Below, piece by piece: positions 1 to 14,500 of a DNA stretch of 64,000 bases. This stretch comes from Haliotis rubra (lineage: Eukaryota). Each line of letters starts with the position of its first letter. The stretch's first letter is position 1. The stretch is taken from NCBI RefSeq assembly GCF_003918875.1, contig NW_025765403.1:1736001-1800000 (forward strand). Direction: 5' to 3'. The notes under the pieces were generated by a model, which was given only the letters and a program-made list of their open reading frames with translations, did not search any database and was not told the origin of the DNA. The translations under genes were made by a program, and so were the position numbers.

Positions 1-779
1 TTTGGGAGACGATGAGCAATTGTCAACAGTTGAAAGCAACCCAATAGATAATGAAAGAAATTATAATTAAAGGAACATACAATTATGTATTAATAGAAGA
101 AGGAAATGCAATGTATTAGTGAGAGCGAAATACTGATAGTCCACACACCACAGGCTTCAGGTCTTTTAATTTAGAAAATTTGATTTTAATAGAAATCGCC
201 TCCATACAGCACATTGCCTATTCGACGATCACATGTTCTGCCACACCTTACAACTCGAGAATCGTAATGCTGCCAACATACGGCAATCGAAACTGTGCAA
301 ATTTCGATGGTCAGGTGTGAAGTTTTAGTTGAGGTCCGATTCCCTCTTTTCATGACTTCGAGACGAACGTCAAGCCAATATCAGCCTGAGACCATAGGGC
401 AGACTTGCCGTTGCGCAGGCTATGTTGTGATACCTGAGTGCATCTTGAGCAAGGAAGGGTCAATGGACAGTACTCTCGGGACAACGTTCAGACTCCGTTG
501 TTATCCCGTTTACAAGGCGTTTGACATGAGATTTTGTAGAGTGAATCAATATTTGACAAAGCGCAGCGCACTACTGATCCAAAAGCGCCAACTCAGAAAT
601 AATTTCACCTCACACCAATCGTCCTTCAAGATTGTTGGTGGTCAAAATTTCTACTGCCTGACTTAACTTCCGGTTGGAATGCGTTTCTAGTTCATTCACT
701 AATACCATAAGATAATATCTTCTACAATTTTGAAAATGGTATCTTCGAGTACCCCTACTTTTTTAGAAGTATATAACTT

Positions 780-910
780 AGGGATACGGAGAAAACGGAC
801 CCTAGCGAAAACGGACCCCCAAAAAATCAAGAAATCGGCCACTGCGCTGGAGCGAACGGCCTCCGAACCAAGAGAAAACGGCCTCTGAGCCAAGAGGAAA
901 CGGCCAACAT
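780..910. repeat. Cluster of (G)AAAACGG(A/C)C short repeats, probably the subterminal repeats of a DNA-transposon end
   Basis: About six copies of AAACGGAC/AACGGCC/AATCGGCC follow TTAGGGATACGG. No partner end was found in the window. Confidence 0.4.
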
Positions 911-1325
911 AGTTGCACCAAGATTACGGAAGGTTATATCATTATATATATTCTAGATGATAGAGAAGAGAGTTCTGGCTACTAGTTTTATCACGAGTCA
1001 CGTCAAGTGACATGAGAGTGAGAAAACAGGTTAATACAAGAATTAATAGATCATCTTATCTAATACTTTCACCGCCAACCACTGAGTAACGATAACATCT
1101 TCTCGTGTTTATTCAATAACTAACTGTTGACGGTTGAAGGCGCAAGCCCGAAATAATTATTTCCTATATGAAACACAAAGCTGTTCAGCATAGCTGTACA
1201 CAATAGTTATTTGTGTGGCTGGACGATGACACTGGAGCAGAACAATTCGGATCAACGGTTTGACCTTTAATGCGAGTAAGTTATATATGTAAAATATACT
1301 ACACAACATATTTAGGTATACTCAC

Positions 1326-4066
1326 AAGACAAACTATATACACCAGCCATAACGCCCATCAGCAATGTGGTTTTGGTGGTTGATGCTCCGAACAATGCCA
1401 AGTATTCTACGAAAAGGATGGCCATTCCCCGGGCATAGCCAATCATTATGACAACGTTGAGGAAGCATCCTGAAAAAGGTTTTGCTAAAATTGATGTCAC
1501 TGAAAATTGATCAAAAGAACAAAACTCAGAGTGAGTGACTGGGTGCAGCTGTATCAGTTTGCCAGCTTACGGTTTCATGTAAAGCAAAGGAACACTGGTC
1601 GAGATATGTATAATATATTTTGTTTGTAAAACAAAAGTACACGCATAAGCCCTGACAAACCATAATCCATCCGAATCAGGGAATCGGACCAAGGATCATT
1701 GCAATTCGGCTTATTACGATACCTTACTGTACTTTCAAGAAAGATTTACAAAAATAACATACCTACGGACATATGCCCAATGCCAATAATTATGGCCCTC
1801 CTAGCAGTAAAACGCATATTTCTAGTATATAGTGGGTCAGAAAAAATCATTCAAATGGTTACATTATACTTTGGTACTGTTACATATTACTGCAGTCAAA
1901 ATGATCAGTGAATATATATAACATCATATCAGGAACAAATATGATTTAAAGGTATCAAATAACACAGATTGATATTAACTAAATGACATTAGTCATGTTA
2001 GCGCCATTTTACCTCCCTTTTTCATTTCCAAACTATACTCAGAAGCAAAAAAAACGTCAGTACGAATTCAAAATTAGATAGGCACTGTAATCAAATCATT
2101 GCAGAAATGAACATAATAAGCGGATCAAAATATTTTTTTGTGTACAATATCTGGACACATCAATGAATAACTCAAGACATTACGTGGACGTTTGCAGTCC
2201 ATTCAGACTCTTGACTTCAGTATCTACTGTGACCACCACGAGCGGCAATAACTGCAGCACAGCGTCTATGCATGGAGTGCACCAATCGATTGATGAAGGC
2301 CATTGGCACCTGGAACCACACTTTAAAACACACCGTTCTGCTGTAGGGAGTCCCGTGTAGCTCTGGCAGTATAGGCACGGGCGTTATCATGCTGGAACAT
2401 GTTGTTCCGGTGACGTGCGAAATGTGGTATGACGTGGGGTCTGAGAGCTTGGTCGATGTAGCGCACGGCTGTGATGCAGCCTCCTCTCCCTGGACCAAGG
2501 TTCTTGAACACCACAAGACCCACTCACTGGCTCAGGCCTATTCCATCCCATGCCATGATGCTTGCACCTCCCCTTGAATCCATTTCCATAACACATTGGT
2601 CTGAGTCACGCTGGCCACGTCGTCGCCATAAATCTTGTTTTGCCATCTGCAGTTGATACGCAGTACCGACTCCCATCTGTGAACAGAACAGTTCTCCATT
2701 GCCTGTATCGCCAGTTTTGGTGTTGTAGGGCAAACTGTAGGCGTTCACGCCGATGACGAAGGGTGAGGATAGGTCCACGGTCAGGTCTACGGCAAGGGAG
2801 GTTCCCGCTGTTAAGACGTCGGCATACTGTATCAGTACTGATTGGTCTTCCGTGTGTTCCCACTGTCTGGAGTGCTGTTTCGGATGCCTGCATGAAGGGA
2901 TTCTGTACATGCTGTCGCACAACATGGCGGTCTTGTCTTGTGGTCACCCTTGGTCTGCTAGTACGGGGACGATCATTTGTGGTGTTGGTGGCCCGGAAAC
3001 GTTACTGCAGCCTGTAGATGGTCCGAAAGTTGTCCCGGAAGTGATTGGCGGAGGCTTGTGCAGTGTTGCCAGCTTCAAGACTTCCTAGCGCCTGGTTTCT
3101 CTCAGCTGTCATGAGTCGCGGCATCCTGCTGAAGTTGTAATGTGAATGTTTCAACCAGGTTTGGGGGTGCATTTTATAGGGCTGGTCCTTGTGAACAGCA
3201 CGTGCAGCATGAGTTGCATGAAAAACATGATGAACACCGTACCATCTCCGAGATCTGGTTGCGTTTTTGAGACCATTTCCTGGCTTCCATTCTAAGTTTA
3301 GGAAGGAATGTTTTTGCCCAGGTAAAGTTGGAGATGTTGTCAAAAATATACAATCAAAAGATTAATTGAGTTTACAGTTATCCTTTTCTGCGAAGGAAAA
3401 TGCCAAACTGACGTTTCTGTTGCTGCTTAGTATATTTGCTGAACTTTACTCACGAGTAAAGCCTGGAATTGACTTTTTTTTTTTAAATCTTTTTTTTCAT
3501 GGTCATCTTGGATTGAGCCCGGTTCTGAGTTTGAGCTACCAAACCGACATGGCCAGCATACACTTTTCTATATGTATAGACCATAACAACTTCATAAAGA
3601 CATAAAAGTGTTCGGTCCCTCAGAGTGGTACCGAAAAATGCCCTAATGGAGCAAATTTATGAGTGCCAGAGAGGTTCCTATTGTATTGTAATTATAATGC
3701 ATTGCTAAGTAAAATATCACGTTGCACCATCATCAAATATTACTAGAGACAAGGCTTAAGAAGCAGCTCCATACCCGCAAGTATCATCCATGCCCAGCCT
3801 CGATCTATTGGGAGATGACTGTCATCATCAGCACCCTCTGCCTGGACATCTGCAGGTATTGAAACAGGCGACGCCTGTCCCGAACCGCTGACCGGTACAT
3901 TGTTCTGTTGTATCCCCGCAAGTCGGTTCCGGACAAACACTTCCTCTTCTTCATCACTGCTTGCTCCTATGACATTGATGCTAAAATCCGAATCGGCTTC
4001 GAGGTGTCCAGGATCGCCCGCAGTCCTATTCCGGCCCGCAAGCACACACTCCTCATCAGAATCCAT
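1326..4066 (-). CDS. SLC16/monocarboxylate transporter-like MFS gene, paralogue A (5' part only; coding exons 4066-3775 and 1469-1326; remainder lies left of the window)
   Basis: Exon 1 encodes an acidic N-terminus ending PIDRGWAWMILAG (SLC16 DGGWGW-type signature) with a GTATG donor. Exon 2 is 144 bp (GCFLNVVIMIGYARGMAILFVEYL...), bounded by tttcag/gtgag, with the same size and phase as exon 2 of the other three paralogues. Confidence 0.85.
2036..3432 (-). mobile_element. Tc1-family DNA transposon (decayed) in intron 1 of MCT paralogue A
   Basis: Imperfect ~26-bp TIRs TACTCAGAAGCAAAAAAAACGTCAGT / ACTGACGTTTCTGTTGCTGCTTAGTA, flanked by TA on both sides. Frameshifted transposase from ATG 3124 (MPRLMTAERNQALG...) through VLFTDGSRY and FQHDNARAY to GGHSRY* at 2217. 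Confidence 0.92.
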
Positions 4067-4410
4067 CCGGACGTTGTCTGGGCCGCACGTATTCTCTGCT
4101 GGTGTGACAGCTTACCTTTGCACCTTCACTATCACTGAGGTTGACATGCATAACGTTGATATTGTTATCAGTACAGCGTCAGTGTTAGTTTACTGATAAG
4201 GTGACACAGGGTTTCACATCGTTAAACTTCGTTTCTGTGAGCCTTATGGAGAATACTCCTCGTGTTTAGATATCCTCGCCATTGGAGGATTAAAGGTGAA
4301 GTTAATGACGTTTATCAGATGATGAAGACAGTGCCTCGCGTGAGCAAATTTTCCATAAAGGGCTTCGATGGTTATGTTGGCAGTTACAAGAATGATAACA
4401 AAGCAATCTA

Positions 4411-5918
4411 TACTAGCCACATAAAGAAACTGTGCATTGTCAAAATATTATCCCAGTTGATAAGTACGATAAGAATGTCAAAGGTACATATAAACTTTAA
4501 TGGAGGGATCATGAGACCATAACAAGTCGGGAGTATTTCAATTGAAAAGTCAATCACAATGACGTCACGAGTCCACAGGCGGGACAGGGGTCAAACAACC
4601 ATGTCACAAGCTCAATAACGGGTATGTCTACTATCGGCATTGAGAACAGCAGTGCATCGACGACGCATAGAGCCTATCAAACGTGCAAGGGAGGCTTGTG
4701 GGATGTCACGCCAGATTCTCTCAAGTTCTGTTGCAAGGGCAAGGACGTTATCTGGCGGATGAGGAAGACGGCGTAGACGTCGATCCATCTCGTCCCAAAC
4801 ATGCTCTATCGGGGAGAGATCCGGTGAATTTGCAGGCCAAGGCAGTAAGTCAACGTTGTGGTGTTGTAAGAAATCCATAGCAAGCCTTGTCGTGTGAGGG
4901 CGGGCATTGTCCTGTTGGAATGTTAACCCAGGGCCATGACGTTGCAAAAAAGGAATTGCCACAGGTCGAAGAATCTGATCCCTGTAGCCCACACCAGTTA
5001 CGCTGCCCTGAACAATCACCAAAGGAGTTCTTTGGCGTGCTGTTATTCCACCCAAAATCATCACGGAACCACCACCTAAGCGATTCCTCTCCAAGACACA
5101 GGCCTGTGCATAACGTTCTCCCACGCGTCTATAGGCACGTTGACGTCCATCACTATGGGAAATGTTAAACCTGGACTCATCTGTAAACACAACATTTCTC
5201 CAGCAAAAAAGGGTCTGCGGACATGATTTCGGCACCACATCCGGCGAGCTTGTCGATGACGTTGTGTCAGGAGAGGCCGTATGGCTGGACGTCGTGGTCT
5301 GATCCCGTGATGACGTAAACGTTGTCGAACTGTGTTGGGGTGGATACGGCGAAGTCCTGGGATGGTTCGGGCAGTCATCACTGCAGTCTGCAACCTGTGG
5401 CGAGGATGGGTCACCCTTATCCATATGTCCTGTCTTGGCGTTGTTACACGTGGACGTCCTGAACGTGGCCGATCGATAACGTCATGTGTGTTCTGGTAGC
5501 GTCTCACCAGTGCAGAAATGGTGTTCCGGTGGCAGTGGACATGTGCAGCCACTTGTCGTTGAGACATTCCCCCACGGACCATCCCAATGGCCTCATGACG
5601 TTGTGCAGACGTGAGCCTTGGCATGCTATGCGTTTCAATAGCCGTTTAATTTTTTGAACGATCGCAAGGGCAGGGGTTGAGCGTTCAGTGACAGTATTGT
5701 GTGGCATTCATTTGCTCTGTTTCTCTTTCCCGGAATGCACGTGCAACAACGTACTGCACGTCTCAAGGACGAACCCACTGACGTCACGGAACGTGGCACA
5801 TGCATGCATGTTGGATACATGTCACTAATCTCTGAGTTTGAATCCTTATGTGTCTACACAGGTTTGATAAATTTAGATTTTAAATTTTTGTATGCACAGT
5901 TTCTTTATGTGCCTAGTA
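4411..5918 (-). mobile_element. Tc1 (DD34E) DNA transposon, near-intact, one frameshift
   Basis: 27-bp TIRs TACTAG(C/G)CACATAAAGAAACTGTGCAT with TA TSDs (4409-4410, 5919-5920). Transposase 5624-4612 has a paired HTH and RSGRPR, then FTDESRF, QQDNARPH and SPDLSPIEHVW, with 34 residues between D and E. The reading frame shifts near 5205-5220. Confidence 0.95.
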
Positions 5919-6995
5919 TATTTGTACACCAAACGTAATTATTCAAAGCGAATTATTTTACCGCGGGATCTTTTTCGCGACGTCATCCTTTCCAAGAAAT
6001 CCATTTGTGCTTCCGTCCCTTGGTTTTACCTCACAAAATGGCGGCGTCATTAACTTGAAACGGAAGTTTCAATCATTATGGATGGAAATGAAATGGATCC
6101 AGAACTTTTGATGTATGTTTGAGTTGTAGGAGGGCTAAATGAGCTGCCGAACACGGCATGGTACAATCTCTGTAACTGCTGGGTGATCCTTATATATACA
6201 TAATCTATCTGTAGACGCAAGAAAGACAAATTTCCAGTAACTCGCATCCACAGGGTTCTATTCTTTTGATGGGGAATAATTATACGTCAAGCGTTGATGT
6301 ACGTTGACAAATGTAGAATATACGTTCGACGTTGATCGTTAGCCATTGTGTGAAAGGATAAGTGGATGAGGTTTGGAAAACTAGAATAAACAGAAACCAA
6401 TTGTAATATAATTTGACTATAAATACATTGCATTAACAAAATATCATCAAAAAGCCTATGTAACAATGTTGAAAACGTTGGAACATTTTTTGAACACTTA
6501 CAGCAATATTGCATGTAACAATAGCAATATGAGGCCATGAACTTGAAAGGAAGACTATTAAACATTGTATTTGCACAAGAAATAAAGATGCAAGACTCAC
6601 AATTGTGTTCCTGTGTGCTACGTTGATATTTAAGTCCGAGGAGACCTCTTCACAGTATGGATGCTGCTAACACACTGAAGCAGGGGGTCCCAGTACCACA
6701 TGTGCCTTTTTAGGGTCACATGACAGGAAAGTGGTACTATGGGATATGAAACATAGCTTATGAAATCTGCAAAAGTTTCTGTGGAAAGCGGGTCTTGAAC
6801 CCTAGATGGCTGGATTACTATCACGGGAGGTAATAACTGATACTGGCGTGATGAAGTTACAGCTGCACAGTACAGATTAGAAAAACATTTATGATGCATA
6901 TGAAAATTATGTGATAATATCTGCATGAGGAAATTGTACACAGAATAAATGAACTATATGAATCTTGCATTAACACTATCTCAAAGGTGTTATAA

Positions 6996-7130
6996 GTGAG
7001 TGAGTGAGTGAGTGAGTGAGTTAAAATTTATCGTCACATCGGTAATATTTCAGCCATACGGTGACGAGAACAATTAATTTTATACATAGTTATTAATGGT
7101 AAATTATAAAAACTGTCATCGAAGAACAAA
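6996..7130 (-). mobile_element. 3' tail fragment of an I/Nimb-like LINE with (ACTC)n tail
   Basis: Reverse complement matches the 3' UTR/tail at 47560-47735 (CTCGTCAC..ATGGCTGAAATATT.CCGATGTGACG) and ends in (GAGT)n. Confidence 0.7.
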
Positions 7131-8664
7131 GGTGTTATGACGAATGTGACGTTTTTTTCGAAATCGAGGAATTCACCAAATTGCCGATTGACAACACACG
7201 TAGTGTTTACCCTGGCGAGGTCGCTACTGTAACTATTGCCTCTACATAGCTGAACTGGTATGCGTGTCTACTGTCTGTGGACTATGCATATGAAACGTCT
7301 CGTTCTATAATATGCGTTCTGATAAGGCATGGTTAGTTGAAACAGATCCGATATCCTCCCTAAAAATATTGGAAGGTTTGTACATATCTGAGACTTTATG
7401 CTGTGCTCTGTACCATTTTGTCTGCATCAAAATAACTTATCCACGGGTTCATTTGTTTTGGTCATAAGAAGATGACATCGATGCCCATATAATTCCTTTT
7501 CTTCCTAACGATATAATGATTGAAAAATGCTGGATCATGACTGAAACAGGCAAGATTGGATTCGAAAGGCCACCACACGACTACTTATTTCATTAACAAA
7601 GGCTCCACCGTCAAACGCCCCACAGTCTTTACAGGTGGTTGGTCACAACAGCATATCGAATACGATAGCAGGCATGTATCCCGGGCTGTTTAGAGGGATA
7701 ACTGTGTCTTCAATGACAGAAGTCCATCAGTGGGTCCACAACACTTTTATTCGTGATTCAATGTGTATAACTACATGATGTTACAACAATGACCAGGCGG
7801 CATATCGGAGGCGATGGTCAGCCAACCTGCCTAGTCGCTGTCTCAGGGTCAAGTCCCGACTAACCCAAAGCATTCTCAATTTATCCCTAAGGCTCTGATC
7901 AGACTGTCACGTGTCGCATTGACGACAAATGTCTTGTCAGCCTGTAGTATCCCGCACCTCATCCACATTGACAGGCTTCGGTGGCCAACCAGCCTTTGTC
8001 TAACTTTGATTATAGTCAGCTAAGGACTCTATGGTGGTGGCCACACTGACAATGGTCATGTTGTGTTGATTCATTTCCATTGACAGCATGGTCATTACTT
8101 AGAGAGATATTCAATTTACATTACTCAAGGAATATTATAGATATCCCCGATAAACCCTGTTCCAAACTGCCTACGATAGCATGTGAGGAGACATACTTTT
8201 CAGCAACACATACACGGATCACTGTGTCATTGTGCCACGACTGTCACATAGGTGCCATATCGTGGTGTCGCATGTCGTGACATTATACAACTGACATCAC
8301 AAACAAGGAGAATCCCTCTGATCATCCAATGCCGGCTCGTAGACTACAAGACTTCAACAGGTTCATTCCTAATCCACCTACAGGTAAATGTTGAAACATC
8401 ACATGTTGAGGTTCTCATCCGGCATCAGCTGACTTGCCAACAACACTTGTCAACAACAATAGAAGCTGATGACGACAGTGACGAATGGCTCCGATGTAAG
8501 TCAAGTCTAGACACATAAAGGTTCGGGGTGGAGAGGGATTAATTTTCAATTTGTATTGTCTGTTCGGGGTAATTAGTAACTAACTAATAATACTTATGAA
8601 TTCAAACTGGATAGCAGAATGTTATTTAATATTAATGTGGTTGACAAGTGGTTAATTATTTATG

Positions 8665-9965
8665 ATCAAGATCAAAATGGTTTATTGTACATAAGGCTTC
8701 AGGGCCCCGTTTCACATAGCTATCGTAGCGCTACGACTGTCGTACTTCCTACATTGTAACATAGACTTACGACCGTCGTAGCGCTACGATAGCTTTGTGA
8801 AACGGGGCCCTGGCCCGTATACATAGTATTATAATAACAGGCAAAGTATGGACATTGCAAACAGTGGAAAGCATCATAACATTGTGAAATTAGTTGACAG
8901 GAGAAATCAGACTCTTCCTTAACGACAGCGAATGTGTTCAAAACAGGGCTAATTTTACATGGACAGATTCGTGTTGTGTTGATAGAATTCTTATAAGTAT
9001 TTCCCTTGTAGGGTGACCCAAATATTTCTGTTGAATATACCCCTTTCTTAAATCGGCATAAGCGTCACATATAAATAACAGATGATATTCGTCTTCGATA
9101 TCCGCCATACAGACAGGGCAATACCTTAGATGTTTGGCCAGTGACTTCTTACGGCCAGTGTTGATGATTACATCTATCAAGCCAAGTCTAAATCTAATAA
9201 CTGTATTTCTAAGTTTCTTGCTTGTAATGTTTGATAGATATGTCTCAGGTTCGATCAATGTTTTAAAGGATCTATATACATCAAATCTAGAACTTAAACT
9301 AAGGGTATTCATCCAATTCTGACGAAACATATCCACGGCTCTTTGACGAAATTCGTTCATAAACAGCCACTCGTTACCAACACCTTGGAAACTCCACACA
9401 TATCAAAGTCCATACGAAAATAACAGATATCTTATATTTGATGCCCATGATCCATAACCAGTATTATCTAAATTAAGCAGCATGTTATAAGACTTTCTGG
9501 GTAGACGCTGTTCATGCATTTTCAGTATTTTGAACCAGTATTTTATACAACGAAGGTGAGAGTTTATATAAAGTGGGTATCTTCCACATTCTCCATATAC
9601 CATATAGTTTGGTGTTGTAATGTTAACATTAAGGAACTTCTTACATGCCAATAGATGTTTTGTTCAATCGGTTCAAAAGTCTGGAAACCTAATATTTCTG
9701 CCCCATACAAAGCCATTGGTTGTATCTGTGCATCGCAAAGTTTAAAAAACATCTTTGGTGTTATTGGCTCTAATGGATAGAGTGATGAAAGTAAATACAC
9801 CAGAGCTTTTTTGCTTTTGCTGATAAGGCAACAGCAGTTTTACCCATATTCAATGTATAATTAAAACGTACTCCAAGATATTTTGTGTTCAGAAACTATT
9901 TGCATTGAAATGCCGTTATAAGACCATTTTTCGCCATTAGCGGGGTGTCCACCCCTTCTAAATAC
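8665..9965 (-). mobile_element. 5'-truncated non-LTR retrotransposon (LINE, RTE-X-like) 3' end, frameshifted
   Basis: Fragments cover the RT thumb/C-terminal region: YLGVRF (~9880), YGAEILG, ACKKFLNV..TPNYMVYGECGRYPL and a CPVC..EDEYHLLFICDAY zinc knuckle. The 3' UTR has AATAAA followed by a short TTGATC repeat tail at ~8665-8685. Confidence 0.8.
8703..8809. mobile_element. PIF/Harbinger-type MITE nested in the LINE 3' UTR
   Basis: ~35-bp TIRs GGCCCCGTTTCACA.AGCTATCGTAGCGCTACGAC, flanked by CAG and CTG (CWG target). Confidence 0.85.
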
Positions 9966-10318
9966 AACAATAAGTATTTATGGAACCTGTCACCCTCACA
10001 TTGGTAGAGACTTCTAACACACTTTTGCAGAGGTCGCCGTAAAATCTGTTCGTACTCTCTTTGGATGGTTATTTTGCAACGTCAAAAGTATGCGTTTGAG
10101 CCCTTATCTTGAACACGGCAATTAAGCGCTGGGTTCGAAATTAAAATATAAGGTTTCCAACCCAGAGCGGGACTACATCAAATCCCACCTATATGGACAA
10201 AGACATCCATGTGTGTATTCATATGTTGTCCCTGAAGTATCTTTCATGTTAGATGTGAGTGTATGTACAAGAATGAATAAAGTAGACAAGGTACTGTCTT
10301 TTCTGGAAATTTGAGTTA

Positions 10319-10950
10319 CAGTGAAGCCCCGTTAGTCCGGACTCCGATAATCCGGATGTCTCGCCTCCCGGATGATTTCAGCTTGTTACCAATCTATGCC
10401 TATATAATTCGCCCCGATAATCCGGAAATTCGGTTTCCGGAACCGGACGGTAAGTAGCTGTCACCAATCAGTAAAATAAACTGTAAATTGCTTCACGGTC
10501 CGGACGCTGTAAGTCGTGTTCACGAACCGTAACAACACCTCCCGGCGATGTTTACTTAATTAACTGGCCAACTGGGTTGTTGTTTTAATTAGACATTAAA
10601 AGCTCCTGACTGAAGATGCTGTACATTTACACTTTGATTGACACCACAATACAAAGGCGTGGATGACAAGTGAGCTGTTTTGTGATTGGTTAATGTACTT
10701 TGACAGACAAATGCGGTCACGTGGACTTAAAGTGATTTTGCTTTACGACAATGCTGCAAGTCACAAGTGTGCTTCGCTAACTTTGCGAAATGTGACCAAA
10801 TACCACGTCTCATATACAACCAATGGATGCAGGAATAATTAAGCCATTCAAGGCATACTACAATAGATCGCATGTTAGACATTACCTCACCTGTGCTGAG
10901 GAAGGACGTGATCAGACACGTCGGATCAACATGCGGATGTCACTCGGTAA
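10319..10950 (+). mobile_element. pogo/Tigger-like DNA transposon fragment (left end plus part of the DDE domain)
   Basis: TA followed by a CAGTGAAGCCCCG... terminus with TCCGGA subterminal repeats. Decayed coding sequence KVILLYDNAASH...NTTSHIQPMDAGIIKPFKAYY at ~10725-10862 is typical of pogo DDE_1 transposases. No right TIR seen. Confidence 0.8.
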
Positions 10951-11559
10951 AATTATTGATGTGATGAATTAAGCTTTACATTAAATGCACATGGCCCCAT
11001 GTTAGATGAACATATGCAAAGAAATTAGAACATCAAACATGCAATCAAATATTTAATAGAATAGATACCAATAGTATAAATGCCAAACAAGTATTGCATT
11101 TCAAGAAACATGAATCCACAATTATTCATTGTAAAGAACCTCAGCCTGACGCCATCTATTGCTAATGACGTCAAAATATGATACAATTACGTCTTCGTCA
11201 GTGAAGTTTCATTTGAGGGTTTCATAGTTTTTTCTTCATGATCTTTTTTTAAGTGACACACAGAATAAGCTCTTGTACAGTATCTAGATCTGCTTGGATC
11301 ACTGACTTATAAAATCAATAAAACTTTACACACATATGTGTCTTTCAGTGGCATGTGAGCACAGAAGCGCAATAGTTGTATATGTGCTGTATGTTTTTGT
11401 ACATACAAACACCAGTTTGACAGATCCTCAATATATATGCGTAACTCTCCAGCATTGAGATACATGTACGAGTTCTATACACAGAGGTGGTGAAATGTGT
11501 AATCTTCGACATTTCATTCACTAAAACCGTTTGATGACGTACAAACCGTTCCAGATACA

Positions 11560-14500
11560 TTAATTACTTTTAAGAGGTCGGTTTTCTTCAACGTCCTCAG
11601 GGGAACTCGCTGATTTCAGTTTGGTCTCCCGGCGTCTGACGAGAGGAACACATAGTAGAACCACAGCAGTTATGTAGTTAGCGATCCCAATGTAGGTGAA
11701 ACACAAGTTGTATGACTTTGTCATGTCACGGATCGTCCCTGCAATAGAATGCAGGTTTTAATGTAACAGTTAACAGTTTCAACGAAAGATATTAAAATGT
11801 TTAACAACATTATATACCACCTAACGTAATCCGACCCGTGAAGATCCGGGTTAGAATTGATCTCCAGTAACCCATGCTTGTCGTAAGAGGCAACTAACGG
11901 GATCGGGTGGCACATGTCATCGTATCCCATTTGCGTAGATCGATGCTCATATGATGTTGATCACTTGATTGTCTGGTCCAGACTCAATTATTTACAGAGT
12001 GAGGTGAGAATTTTAGGTATTTCAGTCATATTGTGACTATATCAAGTTATAGATTCATAATAATTAAAGGTAATCCATAAAAATGCTGTCAACAAAGGGA
12101 CACTAAAACAACTATTTTATCACAGATATAAGTTTAAAACTAGCAAATAACTCTTCAACATGTTAACTCAAGATGTCAAGACAATATAAAAATAGGTCAT
12201 AGATCGCCAACAACTGAAGGTAGATCGCCATAATTTGGGCCATGAGGACTTACAGTACATTTTGTTCCTGCATGGACCCTAGCTGGATAAACAACAACCC
12301 TTCAGCTGTTAGCAATTTAGACAAGCCTAGCTATACATTAAAAGGACTCATATTCTACGATTACAAAAGTGGTAAGTTTAAATTTACTTTGAATGTTTGG
12401 GGACTTGCATACCCTCTCGGGAGGACAATAATTTTACAATTGTAAATCATGGTATCCAAAAGTGTCCATATGACACGGTATGAGTGAGAAAAGATTTATT
12501 GAGTCACATCGGCAATACGTCAGCCATACTGTGACTATCCAGGTATAAATTAGGTTCTTGAGAGGTCCTAAACTGATAATAAATTTCGTTATGCCATAAC
12601 CTCTGTCGAAAGGACAACTTTAAATCACAGCGAGATTTAAAACTAATTGTATCATTATTCAGGACAACACAATATAAAAACAAGATATGGAGAGCCAGCA
12701 ACTAAAGGTAGATAACCACACCAGGGATCGTGCGACATACAGTACTTATGCTACCTGCATGGGCCGTAGTACAAACAATCACACAGGTCGCCGTGCCTCA
12801 CCGTATGTTTTAGTATGTTGGTCCTACAGCCAGCACTGATAATTCAATTTTAACCTGGATTCCAAACAGTGGAAAACGGTGATAAGTAATTAAATTTGTA
12901 CTAGATATATATCTAGACAACAGCATAATTTCAAATCGAATCACACTTGATCATTTCATGTGAGCGTTGATGTTCTATAGATGTCCCAGTCCAGGATATC
13001 CTAATTGTAGCATATTTAAAAGACATACATTACTTTGTCATAAATAGTGGTTTGCTATAACAGACAGAAAGATAAATGACTTCCAGATTTGTTTCTATCA
13101 TGGATGTACAAATCCAAACGAGATGCTCACAGTTAAAAGTTTGTAGCTTAAAGCTTCGTATTTAATCAAAATATGTCATAAACAAAATCGTTGACATTAA
13201 TCGTACTAGGTTACCATTGGTCATCGTATGTGTCTACATTATTACCATGAAATATGCATAACGGTTTTCCAAAGAAATGCCATGGTGATTTTCAACAGAT
13301 ACTGTGAGCGTGTTGGTAAAAGACCCGAAACTGTCCTAGTGTTACGCCGCACTCAGCAGCATCATTCCAGCTATATGGCGTCGGTCTGTAAATAGTCGAG
13401 TCTAGACAAGACGATCCAGTGATCAACAGCATGAACGTCGATCTACGCAATTGGGATAGGTGTCAACCAAGTCAGCGAGCCTGACCACCCGATCCCATTA
13501 GTCTCATTTACATGATCAACATCAGAACTCATATACTACACATATACTACATATATACTACATGTTCGTCTTCACAGACATATCATCGCCGCATGACTTT
13601 AGTGAATGTAATATTGAATCACAGTCTTACCCATGATCGGATGCGTCACTGATATAGACAGGCCATGGAATACCGATAAGAATCCAAGAACCTTCGCCAT
13701 CTTTTCAAGTCCCATGAAGTCCACAATGGCAACAGGCATAAGACAATGGTAAAAACTGCCAAAGAGTCCGACAATGACGGAGAACACGACCAAAAGAGCA
13801 TACGAGTTGTAAAAATAGACAAAATGTGTTGCTGTTCCAGAGACAAGTATTCCAATGACCATCAGATGATTAACTTTGATGATTTTGAGATCGGCAACGA
13901 AGCCGACTGCCAGTCTGCTGAAAAAGTCCAGAACACATGCCAAAGTCAACAAATATGCGGCATCTGTTTGTGAGATGCCCTTTTCATTTGCAAGGGCAGG
14001 GATGTATATTCCCACCAATCCAAAAAGTACACCGAAATGAGCGACAACAACAATCATCTGAAACATTGGTTGTCTGAACAAGGAAAAGTCAAGTGCTGAC
14101 AGGGCGTGTTTCAAATATCTGGCTGTACCTTTGGCTTCCTTTGTTTCATGGTGATTGTGACTCGGTTCAGAATTAACTTCTCGTATATCCACCATTGACA
14201 TTGATGTCAGATCTGGGTAACTTGTGTATAATCTCATCTGGCATTCTGAGAGGGAATCTGTCTGTGATTCAACGCTGCCAACTGATTGTGGCCTGGCTCT
14301 CTTGCGGACATTGTCACTCATTTGAATTTTTGCGCCATTGCCTTGACTCTCAGATGCGACCACTGTGTTTCCACCATTAACTCTATTTGGTTCCTTTCCA
14401 GAAAAAGCTTGATCATTTTCATGGATCTCGTTGGCGTTTCTTTGGTCATCGTTTTGGCCTGCGGTCGTGATAGATGCGGGCTTTCGTATCCTCTTTCGAA

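Noticed and set aside
295-666. 123-aa plus-strand ORF
   Set aside because: Non-ATG start, no recognisable motifs, and it lies antisense within an MCT intron.
4067-4151. Upstream in-frame ATG (4147) for MCT paralogue A
   Set aside because: There is an in-frame TAA after 11 codons. It is at most a uORF, so ATG 4066 was used.
8250-8520. Very decayed reverse-transcriptase-like fragment (..FLIHLQVN...EADD)
   Set aside because: The similarity is too weak to support without a profile search.
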